A DNA stretch of 64,000 nucleotides, taken from NCBI GenBank assembly GCA_963790475.1, contig CAWBOS010000006.1, positions 672,001 to 736,000 on the forward strand, in the 5' to 3' direction. A program made the position numbers and the translations under genes. The DNA comes from an uncultured delta proteobacterium. Lineage in GTDB: Bacteria; Desulfobacterota; RBG-13-43-22. The notes beneath the pieces were generated by a model. The model had not been told where the DNA came from, ran no database searches, and was given only the letters and a program-made list of their open reading frames with translations. This document shows, piece by piece, positions 48,750-59,322 of the stretch (positions are counted from its first letter, which is position 1; each line of letters begins with the position of its first letter).

Positions 48750-49655
48750 TTATCCTTTTAGTCTCCCCACATTGATGAGTTCTTGTCGCAGTCGTTCCCG
48801 ATTGGCCGGGCGCATAGGCACCAGGGGAAGCCGAAGCGGCCCTGCCGGAAGACCCATCATCTGCATAGCCTCTTTCACCGGAACAGGGTTAGTTTCTATA
48901 AACAAGGTATTGACTAAGGACAGGGTCTTGTAGTGAATCTCCCTGGCTTCAATCCATTTCCCTTCTTTCATCAGCTTACACAACAATGTATATTCCCGGC
49001 CGATGACATTGCCTACGGCACAGATGACTCCATCTCCTCCTAAGGCCATTAAAGGATAGGTCAAGGCATCTTCCCCGGAAAGGACAAAAAAGGGTTTCCC
49101 CTTCTTTTTGGTTCCGGCGATAATTTCCATGGTCTGGGCCATATCGCCGCAGGCATCTTTAAGCCCAATGATATTGTCTATGTCTGAAAGTTTAATCAAA
49201 GTCTGGGGATCGATATTCCGCCCTGTCCGCCCCGGAATGTTATAGATAAAAATAGGCAGACTGGTGTTTCGGGCAATAGCCTCAAAATGGGCCAGCATCC
49301 CATCCATGGTCGGCTTATTATAGTAAGGCCCTACTTGCAAGGTCGCGTCGGCCCCGACCTCCTCAGCATGTTTGGTCATCATAATGGCCTCTTGAGTACT
49401 GTTGGATCCGGTTCCGGCAATCACCGGAACCCTGCCCCGGGCTTCATTCACGGTAATTTCGATGACTCTATTATGTTCTTCGTGATTAAGGGTCGGGGAC
49501 TCGCCGGTGGTTCCGCAAGGGACCAATCCATTGATCTTTTCCTCATCAATTAGATAATTGATCAGGCGGCGAAGTCCGTCTTCATCCAATGAGAAATCGT
49601 CTTTAAAGGGGGTGACCAAAGGGATATGGCACCCGGAAAAGTCTTTTATTGCCAT
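48750..49655 (-). CDS. dapA: 4-hydroxy-tetrahydrodipicolinate synthase
   Basis: GTTGES, PYYNKP, YNIPGRT, GLKDA and ETNPVPVK motifs. Confidence 0.92.
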   Translation of the reverse strand: MAIKDFSGCHIPLVTPFKDDFSLDEDGLRRLINYLIDEEKINGLVPCGTTGESPTLNHEEHNRVIEITVNEARGRVPVIAGTGSNSTQEAIMMTKHAEEVGADATLQVGPYYNKPTMDGMLAHFEAIARNTSLPIFIYNIPGRTGRNIDPQTLIKLSDIDNIIGLKDACGDMAQTMEIIAGTKKKGKPFFVLSGEDALTYPLMALGGDGVICAVGNVIGREYTLLCKLMKEGKWIEAREIHYKTLSLVNTLFIETNPVPVKEAMQMMGLPAGPLRLPLVPMRPANRERLRQELINVGRLKG

Positions 49656-50041
49656 GGCATACCTCCTAATTGGATATTGGCCTCAAGGATCAGGTTAAGA
49701 AAAACCGGGGATAGCGTAGAGCTTTTAAAAATGCACACCTTTGCCCATTGTAGGCATTAGACTCAATGTTTAATTTTCGAAAAACGAATTGTATTCCTGT
49801 GATTAAAATTTTTGTCTTCCCTGACCCTGAACAAAAGTGAATTTTTTTCAAAGCCCTCGGTTTAATCAGCCGGGGTTAAGTCGCCGGCTTTAGGTCCTTC
49901 TTCTCCACCTTTATCAAAAACATAGACGAAAGGCTGAACCTTGTCAATATCTTAAGTTATTTTAAATAGTATTGCAAAAATAAAATGAATAAATTAAACT
50001 GAAATATAATTCGGTCAGGATGGCAAGACAAGGAGGTCTAA

Positions 50042-50695
50042 ATGAGGATTCGTTTCAGGATCATCTTTCCGGTTGTTTTTCCTCTGTTGTTATGGGGATG
50101 CACCACTATTCAGACCCTGGACTTAAAATACTCACCGAGTATTGTCCCTTCGTCTGTCCCAAGCCAGGTTAAGATAGCGGTCCTCCCTTTTGAAAATGCC
50201 ACCTGGAACGGCCAGGAAAATTCCTATTGGGTAGGGCAGGCCTCACTCTATGGAATGAAACTATATAGTCCGACCAGTGTATCCTATCTGGTCACCCAGG
50301 GAGTAAAGAAAGAGATGGGGGCTTATGGCTATCAACTCAGTCCCGATGAGATCTATACCATTCATATCAATAAAGAAGATATCAAGACCTTACTCAGCAG
50401 GGTCCCCCATATTCACGTCGATTTTCTGGTCGGAGGGGTTATTTCTCAATTTTTTATCCAGCAAGTCGGTCGGTTTATCGGCGAGGTGGAAATAGAGGCT
50501 TACCTGGTACAACCTCCCCAGGGAGATATTGTCTGGAGCAAAAAAATCGGCTACCGGGAGGTCCGGATACCTTTCAGTTCGGATAACTTCACTTCTCAAA
50601 GTCAGGAAATCCTCAATAATCTCCTGGATAAGACCATGAAGGACCTGTTTTGGAATTCGGATTTTAGACTGCGAACCATGAAAGAAAAGAAGTAG
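50042..50695 (+). CDS. putative lipoprotein
   Basis: Lipobox LLWGC; AGGAGG RBS. Confidence 0.75.
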   Translation: MRIRFRIIFPVVFPLLLWGCTTIQTLDLKYSPSIVPSSVPSQVKIAVLPFENATWNGQENSYWVGQASLYGMKLYSPTSVSYLVTQGVKKEMGAYGYQLSPDEIYTIHINKEDIKTLLSRVPHIHVDFLVGGVISQFFIQQVGRFIGEVEIEAYLVQPPQGDIVWSKKIGYREVRIPFSSDNFTSQSQEILNNLLDKTMKDLFWNSDFRLRTMKEKK

Positions 50696-50830
50696 GCTCG
50701 GTGACGGTTCTACCAGGAGAAAGGGGTTCGGTGTTAGGAGAATAATACCCGCATCCCGAACTCTTACTTTTGAACTCCCAACTCAAAACTTGTCTTACGA
50801 TACTTTTCGGCCCCAAACCTTTTAGGACTT

Positions 50831-52003
50831 ATGGGAACCCGGGTTAAACAGATCATCCATCTGGACATGGACGCCTTTTATGCCTCGGTAGAAATGTTGG
50901 ATAACCCGGCATTGAGGGGCCAACCGGTTATTGTCGGTGGTCCGAAACAAAGGGGCGTAGTTTCCGCTGCCTCTTATGAGGCCCGAAAATTTGGGGTTCA
51001 TTCGGCCCTGCCTATGGCCGTCGCAATGCGCCTGTGTCCCCGGGGGGTTTTTTTGCCAGTGCGTATGCCCCGCTACAAAGAAATCTCAGATCAGATTTTC
51101 GAGATCTTCCTTGGCTTCACCCCTCTGGTGGAACCCCTTTCCATTGATGAAGCCTTTCTGGATGTAACCGCCTCCGTACGGCTCTTCGGGCCGGCGGAAG
51201 AAATTGCCAAACAGATAAAAAACCAGGTTCGAGAAGAGATCGGCCTGACGGTATCAGCCGGCGTCGCCCCTTCGAAGTTAGTGGCCAAAATTGCCTCTGA
51301 TTTAAACAAACCGGACGGCCTGACCGTGGTCCCTGAAGGAAATGTGCAACAATTTCTGGATCCCCTTCCGATAGAAAAACTCTGGGGGGTCGGGAAAATG
51401 ACCCAAAAGGACCTTTCCCTGCTGAATGTAAAAACCGTTGGAGAGTTGAGCCGGCTGCCCAAAGATCTGTTGCGCAGGAGATTCGGGGCTCAGGGTCTTC
51501 AGTTGTATTTTCTTTCCAAGGGAATCGATGACCGGGAAGTACAACCAGAGAGAATGATAAAATCCATAGGGCGGGAAGAAACTTTTTCGGAAGATATCTT
51601 AGTCAAGGAAAGAGCCGTGAAAGAGGTCCTGAATTTAAGTCAGCGGGTGGCCCGACGATTAAGGAGGCATGGGAAGGCGGGAAGGACTATCACCCTTAAG
51701 GTGACCTATGACAATTTCACCCAGATCACCCGGTCTTTGACCCTGCCGGCGGCTACGGATGACGGGGGGAAGATTTATCAGGTAGCTTCTGACCTGCTGG
51801 AAAAGACCGAGATCGGGAAAAAGCCTATTCGGCTTTTAGGGATTTATCTATCTCATCTGACCCTACCCGGAGAAGGGCAGTTGTCCTTATTTGATCAAAC
51901 TAATGGATTAAAGAAAAGAGGCCGGCTTAATCAGGCCCTGGATGCCATCCAGGATAAATATGGTGACCTGGCCATTCGACCCGGGAGTCTTGTCGAGGAG
52001 TAG
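50831..52003 (+). CDS. dinB: DNA polymerase IV
   Basis: HLDMDAFYASVE, SYEARKFG, SIDEAFLD and AKIASD..KPDG motifs. Confidence 0.93.
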   Translation: MGTRVKQIIHLDMDAFYASVEMLDNPALRGQPVIVGGPKQRGVVSAASYEARKFGVHSALPMAVAMRLCPRGVFLPVRMPRYKEISDQIFEIFLGFTPLVEPLSIDEAFLDVTASVRLFGPAEEIAKQIKNQVREEIGLTVSAGVAPSKLVAKIASDLNKPDGLTVVPEGNVQQFLDPLPIEKLWGVGKMTQKDLSLLNVKTVGELSRLPKDLLRRRFGAQGLQLYFLSKGIDDREVQPERMIKSIGREETFSEDILVKERAVKEVLNLSQRVARRLRRHGKAGRTITLKVTYDNFTQITRSLTLPAATDDGGKIYQVASDLLEKTEIGKKPIRLLGIYLSHLTLPGEGQLSLFDQTNGLKKRGRLNQALDAIQDKYGDLAIRPGSLVEE

Positions 52004-53074
52004 TTGCTTTCATTGCAATCTTTTCCCCAAAAAGAACTAATTTCTTGGTTTCAAAAACATCACAGAGACCTGCCCTGGCGTAGCCGACGTACCCCTTATT
52101 CCACCTGGATCTCGGAAATAATGCTTCAGCAGACCCAGGTTCAACAAGTAGTGCCCTATTACCGCCGATTCATGGGCCGGTTTTCATCCATCGACTCCCT
52201 GGCCAAGGCGCCGGTTTTACAGGTACTCAAGGCCTGGGAGGGGATGGGGTATTATAGCCGGGCCCGCCATATTCATCAAACGGCCAAAATAATTGTCAGC
52301 CGATTCGGGGGTCAAATCCCCGCCGATTTTCAAGACCTTCTCCAACTGCCCGGTATCGGCCGATCGACGGCCGGGGCTATCCTCAGCCTGGCCTATGATC
52401 AACCCCTTCCTGTCCTGGATGGAAATATCCGCCGGGTGTTGATACGATTTTTTTATATTGATCAGGACCCAGGAAAAACAGCTACCATTAATACGCTCTG
52501 GTCCATTTCCCAAAACATCATCCCCATTAAAAACGCCGGTCTGTTCAATGAGGCCCTGATGGAATTGGGGGCCTTGATCTGCAGCCCAAAAAATCCGGAC
52601 TGTGTCCACTGCCCTCTTAAAAAAAAATGTTTAGGATTTTGCTCGGGGTGCCCGGCTTCTCTTCCAATTAACAAACCCAAAAAGCCGATCCCCCATTTTG
52701 ATGTCACGGCGGCCATAATACAAAGCAAGAAAAAAATCCTTATAACCCAACGGCCGGAAAAGGGGTTGTTGGGTGGTCTGTGGGAATTCCCCGGAGGGAA
52801 AAGAGAACCCGGAGAGTCTCTGGAGCAGTGTTTAAAACGGGAAATTCAGGAAGAGTTAGATATTGAAATCAAGGTCGGAGAATGTTTTATTCAGGTCCGC
52901 CATGCCTACACCCATTTCAAGATCACCCTGCATTGCTTTTTCTGCCGCAAGCTGAAGGGAAGAATCCGGCCCATAGGGGTAAAGGATTTTCGCTGGGTTT
53001 TCCCAGAGGAGTTGGATCGATTTCCTTTCCCCCGGGCCGATCAAAAGGTGATTGACTTTTTACTCCAAAAATAA
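52004..53074 (+). CDS. mutY: A/G-specific adenine glycosylase with C-terminal Nudix domain
   Basis: SEIMLQQT, WEGMGYYSRAR, LPGIG, DGNIRRV, 4Fe-4S Cys motif and WEFPGGK. Confidence 0.93.
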   Translation: MLSLQSFPQKELISWFQKHHRDLPWRSRRTPYSTWISEIMLQQTQVQQVVPYYRRFMGRFSSIDSLAKAPVLQVLKAWEGMGYYSRARHIHQTAKIIVSRFGGQIPADFQDLLQLPGIGRSTAGAILSLAYDQPLPVLDGNIRRVLIRFFYIDQDPGKTATINTLWSISQNIIPIKNAGLFNEALMELGALICSPKNPDCVHCPLKKKCLGFCSGCPASLPINKPKKPIPHFDVTAAIIQSKKKILITQRPEKGLLGGLWEFPGGKREPGESLEQCLKREIQEELDIEIKVGECFIQVRHAYTHFKITLHCFFCRKLKGRIRPIGVKDFRWVFPEELDRFPFPRADQKVIDFLLQK

Positions 53075-53224
53075 GGAACAGGGATTCAGACCCCATTTGA
53101 CTGAACGGACTTAACCCTCCTAAAAAAATCTTTCTTGGGCTCTTTATTTACATTTTAAATCTGGTAGCGTATAGTCCACAAGATTGAGCAGGATGATTTC
53201 AGTGCACCTCCCCGGTAATCGAAA

Positions 53225-56200
53225 TTGGAGTCGAGAATGAATCCAGGTCAACCATTGGAAAAGATCTTTCGGTGGCTGATTGAAGCCTGTTTTATCGGAC
53301 CAGGCCTACTGGGCTTGTTGGTTCTGTTAAGCTGGATTTTCGGGAGTCCGATGCTGGGTGCCTTCGGTCCGGAATATATCCCTGTGGCCCCAGGAACAGC
53401 CGGGTTGATGATCCTGCTCAGTTGGGGCTTATTCCTTCAACGGCACCGACCTTCAAACCGATCCACTCGCCGGTTTGGCTATTTTTCCATCATTATCGTT
53501 GGGGTCAGCAGTCTACTGGTGTTGAGTCAATACTTTATTGGCCTTGACTTTCCGCTGGTACAATGGCTGGCCTCCCGCGCCAAAACCGCAAGAGATATCC
53601 CCCTAGGGCGCATGTCTCCTTTAACTGCTTTTTCTTTCCTGGGAACCTCCCTGGCCCTTTGGTTCGAGTTGCCCCCTTTGGGAGTCCGTCGCGGATATCG
53701 ACAAACGGCCGCGGGGGCCGCCCTGGCCGTATTAATAGTCAGTCTGGTGATACTTCTCAGCTATGGGATTGGAGCCCCGTGGCTTTATGGTGGGCGGTTA
53801 TTTCCCATGGCTCTTTTAACCGCAGTTTCATTTGCCTTCCTGGGTATAAGTCTCCTGGGAGCCGCCGGTTCCCAAACCTGGCCCCTTTCTTTGCTCAAGT
53901 CGGAATATGTAAGCCCTGCTCTATTTTTTAAAGGTCCTTTAGCTATCTTTTTGCCGCTCTTTTTTATGATCAGCGTTGCCGGATTATTTTATATTAAACA
54001 TCAATTGAATGAATTTCGCCGGGCGGCTTTTCAGGAGATCAGCGCCGTTGCCGAATTAAAGGTCAATCAAATATCAAGATGGTATGAAGAACGATTGTCC
54101 GATGCCGGTTATTTTTTTGAAGCACCGGAAGTTTCGGAAGTGGTTCAGTCCTTTTTGGCTGACCCCTCCTCCCCTAAGGCGAAAACCCGTGCTTTGGCTT
54201 TGATGACTTCAGCCCAGACTAACCTCCATTATACCCGAGTCCTGCTCCTGGATCAAAACCAACAGATGCGTCTGGCGGTCCCCCAGGAAAGAAACTGGAT
54301 GAACCCGACGGAGAAGTCTTTTGCCGACCAGGCACTCCAGACCAAAAAGATCCTGGTTTCTGATCTGCATTTTTCCATTAAGAATCCGGGGATCATCGTT
54401 CTGGAAATTTTTATACCCCTATTGCCTTTATCAGGAAATTCCGGCGCTTCCTTGAAGCCGGTCGGGATTTTGATGGTTGAGATCAATCCCTATGATTTCC
54501 TTTTCCCATTTATCCAGAACTGGCCTACTGCCAGCCCTACAGCGGAGACGCTGTTGGTCCGCCGGGAAGGTAACGAAGTCGTTTTTTTAAGTGAATTGCG
54601 TCACCGCCAAAAAACCGCTTTGGTGCTGCGCAGGCCTGTCGAAAGACATTCAAAACTACCTGCGGCCATGGCCGCCGGGGGCCAGGAAGGCTTGGTAGAG
54701 GGTAGAGATTATCGGAATGAGCCGGTGTTCGCCGCCCTGCGCTCCATCCCCGGAACTCCCTGGGCTTTAGTGGCCAAAGTGGATAAGGATCAAATCTATA
54801 CCACCATGCGAAAACAGACCTTGATCATAGGATTTGTGGTCGTCGTCGCCTTTATTGCAGCGGCCATGGGTCTGGGCCTGCAGTGGCATCAGCATGATAA
54901 TCTTTTGCTCCGAAAACAATTGGCGCTTGAGAAAGAACGCCAAGTCCTGGACGAGCGCATCCTTTCTCTGAACAAACAAGCCAATGACATCATCCTCTTG
55001 ATGGATCAGAGTTGGCGCATCTTGGAGGCCAATGACCGCGCCCTTCAGGCCTATGGCTATTCCCTGGAAGAACTTCAAGACAAGAGGGAGCCGGATTTAA
55101 GTCCAGCGGATGCCCAGTCCGTGGTTCTCCGGCAAACCGGAAAAGGGGAAATCTGGGACGGTATTATCCTGGAGACCATTCATCAGCGTAAAGACGGTTC
55201 CCAGTTTCCGGTGGAGACCAGTGTTCGGGCTGTGGTAATCGGAGGGAAGAAATATTACCAAAGTATCATCCGCGACATCACCGAGCGCAAGAAGGCCGAG
55301 GAAGACCTGCGGACCTCCGAGTCGTTTCTCAATAGCATTATCGATCAGAGTCCTTCTCCCATGTGGATTGCCGATAATAAGGGCACCCTCATAAGGCTCA
55401 ATCAGGCTTTCCGGGACTTGCTGAATATTTCAGACGAAGAGGTGGTCGGTCAGTACAACATCCACAAAGACACGGTTTTGGAGGCCCAAGGTTTGATCTC
55501 GGAGGTCAGGCGTGTTTTTGAAGAAGGCAAGACCGTGAGATTCGAAATCCATTATGACAGCTCTCAGCTTAGAAACCTGGAATTGAGGAAATTTGCCTTT
55601 GTCTACCTGGATGTTACCATATTCCCTATTAGAAATGGGGAGGGCGAGATCACCAATGCCGTAGTCCAGCACTGGAACATTACCGAACGCAAGCAGGCCG
55701 AGGAAGAAATTTTTAGGCTTAACGCCGAATTAGAACAACGGGTCATCCAACGCACGGCCCAACTGGAACAGGCCAACAAGGAATTGGAGTCTTTTTCCTA
55801 TTCCGTCTCTCACGATCTTCGCGCCCCCTTAAGGTCTATAGACGGCTTCAGCCAGGCTCTGATAGAAGATTATAGCGCCGGAATAGACGAGCGGGGGCGG
55901 ACTTATCTGGATCGGATGCGCGCCGCCACGAGGCGCATGGGGTTGTTGATCGATGACCTGCTCAAGCTTTCCCGGGTGACCCGGGGCGAAATGAAACGCA
56001 CCGAATTGGATCTCAGCCGATTGGCGGGGTCAGTGGCTGTGGATTTACAGGAGATCCACCCTGAAAGACGGATACAATGGGTTATCGCTCCCGGTGTTCG
56101 TGCCCAGGGGGATGAACGTTTAATGGAAATCGTCTTGAAAAATCTGATGGAAAATGCCTGGAAGTTCACCGCTCGGCATCCTTCCGGCCGCATAGAATTT

Positions 56201-56455
56201 GGCCTTCAGGAACAGCAAGGAACTGCAGTTTATTTTGTTCGAGATGATGGCGCAGGGTTTGATATGGATTACGCGGGAAAACTCTTCGATACCTTTCAAC
56301 GTCTGCATAGTCAGGATGAATTCGAGGGAACAGGGATCGGACTGGCCATCGTGCAGAGAATCATTCACCGCCACGGCGGACGCATCTGGGCCGAAGGAGC
56401 CCTCGAAAAAGGCGCGGTTTTTTATTTCACCCTTGGAGAAAAAGAGAGGATCTAA
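53225..56455 (+). CDS. membrane PAS-domain sensor histidine kinase
   Basis: Multiple TM segments, 2 PAS, YSVSHDLRAPL, NAWKF, DDGAG and GTGIGLA motifs. Confidence 0.92.
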   Translation: MESRMNPGQPLEKIFRWLIEACFIGPGLLGLLVLLSWIFGSPMLGAFGPEYIPVAPGTAGLMILLSWGLFLQRHRPSNRSTRRFGYFSIIIVGVSSLLVLSQYFIGLDFPLVQWLASRAKTARDIPLGRMSPLTAFSFLGTSLALWFELPPLGVRRGYRQTAAGAALAVLIVSLVILLSYGIGAPWLYGGRLFPMALLTAVSFAFLGISLLGAAGSQTWPLSLLKSEYVSPALFFKGPLAIFLPLFFMISVAGLFYIKHQLNEFRRAAFQEISAVAELKVNQISRWYEERLSDAGYFFEAPEVSEVVQSFLADPSSPKAKTRALALMTSAQTNLHYTRVLLLDQNQQMRLAVPQERNWMNPTEKSFADQALQTKKILVSDLHFSIKNPGIIVLEIFIPLLPLSGNSGASLKPVGILMVEINPYDFLFPFIQNWPTASPTAETLLVRREGNEVVFLSELRHRQKTALVLRRPVERHSKLPAAMAAGGQEGLVEGRDYRNEPVFAALRSIPGTPWALVAKVDKDQIYTTMRKQTLIIGFVVVVAFIAAAMGLGLQWHQHDNLLLRKQLALEKERQVLDERILSLNKQANDIILLMDQSWRILEANDRALQAYGYSLEELQDKREPDLSPADAQSVVLRQTGKGEIWDGIILETIHQRKDGSQFPVETSVRAVVIGGKKYYQSIIRDITERKKAEEDLRTSESFLNSIIDQSPSPMWIADNKGTLIRLNQAFRDLLNISDEEVVGQYNIHKDTVLEAQGLISEVRRVFEEGKTVRFEIHYDSSQLRNLELRKFAFVYLDVTIFPIRNGEGEITNAVVQHWNITERKQAEEEIFRLNAELEQRVIQRTAQLEQANKELESFSYSVSHDLRAPLRSIDGFSQALIEDYSAGIDERGRTYLDRMRAATRRMGLLIDDLLKLSRVTRGEMKRTELDLSRLAGSVAVDLQEIHPERRIQWVIAPGVRAQGDERLMEIVLKNLMENAWKFTARHPSGRIEFGLQEQQGTAVYFVRDDGAGFDMDYAGKLFDTFQRLHSQDEFEGTGIGLAIVQRIIHRHGGRIWAEGALEKGAVFYFTLGEKERI

Positions 56456-56468
56456 AGGAAAACAAAAA

Positions 56469-58235
56469 ATGGGAATCCCATTGAACGTTTTGATTATTGA
56501 AGATTCAGAAGACGATACCCTGTTTTTGCTCCGAGGGCTTGAAAAGGGCGGCTATGATCCGGTTTACCAGCGGGTGGAAACCGCCGAGGCCATGAGGGCG
56601 GCCCTAAAGGAAAAGACCTGGGATATTGTATTGAGCGATTACCACCTCCCCCGATTCAGTGGTCTCCAGGCCCTTTTGCTGTTTAAGAAAACGGGAATCG
56701 ATATTCCCTTCATCCTGGTTTCCGGAATGATCGGCGAGGAACTGGCCGTCGAGGCCATGAAGGCCGGGGCTCATGATTATATCATGAAGGGCAATCTAGC
56801 CCGGTTGATCCCGGCGATTGAACGGGAGTTGCGCGACGCCGGGGAACGGGAAAAACACCGGGAAATGGGATACGCCCTTCAAAAGGAAAAAGACCGGGCC
56901 GGCCTTTATTTGGAGATTGCCGGGGTAATGATCGTGGTTATCAATCAAAATGGAATAGTTACTTTGATCAATCGTAAGGGGTGTGAAATCCTGGGGTACG
57001 CCCGGGATAAAATTATCGGGAAGAACTGGTTCGACATTTTTATCCCCCAGGGAATTAAGGAGAAATTGAAGGAATCTTTTTTTCAAATCCTGGCCGGGGA
57101 CATAAAGCCCATTGAATATTTTGAGAATCCGGTGATAACCCGAGAAGGAAAAGAGAGGCTGATTTCCTGGTACAATAATTTTTTAATAGGCGAATCCGGT
57201 AAAATTACCGGCAGCCTGAGTTCCGGGGAAGATATCACCGAACGAAAAAGAACCGAGGAAGAACTGCGGGAATCCGAAGAGCAATACCGGGATCTGGTTG
57301 AAAACATCAACGATATTCTTTATCTGTTTGATGAAAAAGGCACCTTCACCTATGTAAGCACCCCGGTGCTAAGTATGCTGGGATACAGCGCTTCAGAGAT
57401 CGTCGGCCGAAACTTCCGGCAATTTGTCCATCCTAAAGACCTGCCCTATGTGCAGAATCAGTTTGAGAGGGTTCTCTCCGGTCAGCTTGAACCCAGTGAA
57501 TATCGAATCCTTAATAAATCCGGTGAAATTGGATGGGTCCGCTCTTCGAGCCGCCCTATGATCAAAAATGGAAAAACCATAGGGCTCCGGGGGATATTGA
57601 CCGACATAACCAAACGTAAAAAGGCGGAAGAAGAAAGTCAGCGAACTTTAATCAACCTGCGAAAAGCCATGGGCGGGATCATCCAGGCCATGGCCGCCAC
57701 GGTAGAGACTCGGGACCCTTACACTGCCGGGCATCAACGCCGTGTGGCCGATCTGGGCCGGGCTATAGCCCGGGAGATGGGTCTGACAGATCATCAAATC
57801 GATGGAATCCGCATGGCCGGAATCGTCCATGATCTGGGCAAGATTTCCATACCGGCCGAGATCCTCAGCAAACCGACGAAGTTATCCGATATTGAATTCG
57901 CCCTTATCAAAACCCATCCCCAGATAAGTTATGACATTTTGAAAGATATCGATTTCCCCTGGCCGGTGGCCCGGACAGTTTTTCAGCATCATGAACGAAT
58001 CGACGGGTCCGGTTATCCCTTGGGTCTCAAGGGAGATGAGATCCTTCTCGAAGCCCGAATACTGGCTGTAGCCGATGTGGTCGAGGCCATCGCCTCCCAC
58101 CGGCCTTACCGGCCGGCTTTCGGGATGGAGGCGGCCCTGGATCAGATTTCGAGAAACAAGGGAATTCTTTATGATACGGGTGCAGTCGATGCCTGTTTGA
58201 AACTGTTTAGGGAACAAGGATTTGTGTTGGAGTAA
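56469..58235 (+). CDS. response regulator REC-PAS-PAS-HD-GYP
   Basis: VLIIEDSEDD, HDLGKI and HHERIDGSGYP motifs; probable start MGIPLNV. Confidence 0.92.
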   Translation: MGIPLNVLIIEDSEDDTLFLLRGLEKGGYDPVYQRVETAEAMRAALKEKTWDIVLSDYHLPRFSGLQALLLFKKTGIDIPFILVSGMIGEELAVEAMKAGAHDYIMKGNLARLIPAIERELRDAGEREKHREMGYALQKEKDRAGLYLEIAGVMIVVINQNGIVTLINRKGCEILGYARDKIIGKNWFDIFIPQGIKEKLKESFFQILAGDIKPIEYFENPVITREGKERLISWYNNFLIGESGKITGSLSSGEDITERKRTEEELRESEEQYRDLVENINDILYLFDEKGTFTYVSTPVLSMLGYSASEIVGRNFRQFVHPKDLPYVQNQFERVLSGQLEPSEYRILNKSGEIGWVRSSSRPMIKNGKTIGLRGILTDITKRKKAEEESQRTLINLRKAMGGIIQAMAATVETRDPYTAGHQRRVADLGRAIAREMGLTDHQIDGIRMAGIVHDLGKISIPAEILSKPTKLSDIEFALIKTHPQISYDILKDIDFPWPVARTVFQHHERIDGSGYPLGLKGDEILLEARILAVADVVEAIASHRPYRPAFGMEAALDQISRNKGILYDTGAVDACLKLFREQGFVLE

Positions 58236-58254
58236 ACAATTTCCGATTTTAGAT

Positions 58255-59322
58255 TCAAATCCACCTTTTCCTTCTGAAATAGAACAGCATAAAGACGGCC
58301 ACGGCCAACATCAGGGCCAGGACCAGGGGATATCCCCAGGGCCACTCCAATTCCGGCATGTTTTTAAAATTCATCCCGTATAACCCGACAATGAAGGTCA
58401 AAGGAATAAAGAGGGTGGAGATGATGGTCAGGACTTTCATGACTTCATTCATCCGGTTGCTGATGCTGGAGAGATAGATGTCCATCATTCCCGAGAGCAT
58501 GTCGCGGAAGGTTTCGACGTTGTCGATGACCTGAATGGTATGATCGTAGATATCCCTCAAATAGATAAAGGTGGATTCCTTGATCAGGGAGGATTCTCCT
58601 CTTTCCAGACTCCCGATCACCTCGCGCAGGGGCCAAACGGCTTTGCGTAAAAATATCATTTCTCTTTTTAATTGGTAAGTGGCCTGCAAGGTGGCCGGAC
58701 TGGGGCTGGTGACCACTTCTTCTTCCAGGAATTCCACCTGCTCCCCCAATTTTTCTAAGACGACAAAATATTGATCGATTATGGCATCCAATATGGCATG
58801 TACCAGATAATCCGGTCCCATTTTCCGGATACGCCCCTTCCCGTTTCGAAGGCGGTCTCGAATCGGCTCAAAAAGGGGGCCTTCTTTTTCCTGGAAAGAA
58901 AGGACAAAATTAGAACCCAGTATCAGGCTGACCTGTTCGCTCTCGACTTTATCTCCCTGGCCAGTGCCCAGGAAGAGGGCTTTTAAAACGATGTACAGAT
59001 AATCGCCGTAATCTTCCATTTTGGGACGCTGTTCGGTATTCAGGATATCCTCCAGAACCAGAGGGTGTAATCCGAAACAGCCGTTCAGTTCTTCCAGGAC
59101 CTCCACCTGGTGAAGCCCGATGACATTGATCCAGGTCACCATAGAGTCCTTTTTGAAAAGAAGACATTCTTTGGCCTGGGTTAATTCCTTTTCCTCCGCC
59201 TGATGTTCATTATAGTCAAACAAAGTGATCCGGGTTTTTTCGCTTTTTCTCTCCCCAATATGAATTGGGGTTCCGGGTGGAAGGCCTGCCTTTTGGGATC
59301 TTTTTTTAATGGGTCTGGGCAT
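58255..59322 (-). CDS. corA: magnesium/cobalt transporter CorA
   Basis: LHPLVLEDI, QRPKME, YGMNF and MPELEW motifs. Confidence 0.94.
   Translation of the reverse strand: MPRPIKKRSQKAGLPPGTPIHIGERKSEKTRITLFDYNEHQAEEKELTQAKECLLFKKDSMVTWINVIGLHQVEVLEELNGCFGLHPLVLEDILNTEQRPKMEDYGDYLYIVLKALFLGTGQGDKVESEQVSLILGSNFVLSFQEKEGPLFEPIRDRLRNGKGRIRKMGPDYLVHAILDAIIDQYFVVLEKLGEQVEFLEEEVVTSPSPATLQATYQLKREMIFLRKAVWPLREVIGSLERGESSLIKESTFIYLRDIYDHTIQVIDNVETFRDMLSGMMDIYLSSISNRMNEVMKVLTIISTLFIPLTFIVGLYGMNFKNMPELEWPWGYPLVLALMLAVAVFMLFYFRRKRWI

Noticed and set aside
49660-49920. Lysine riboswitch upstream of dapA
   Set aside because: The conserved AGAGGUGC start and multi-stem pattern were not found
56199-56468. 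N-terminal extension of the response regulator overlapping the kinase
   Set aside because: The REC domain begins at the ATG at 56469; the extension is an open frame with no domain signal
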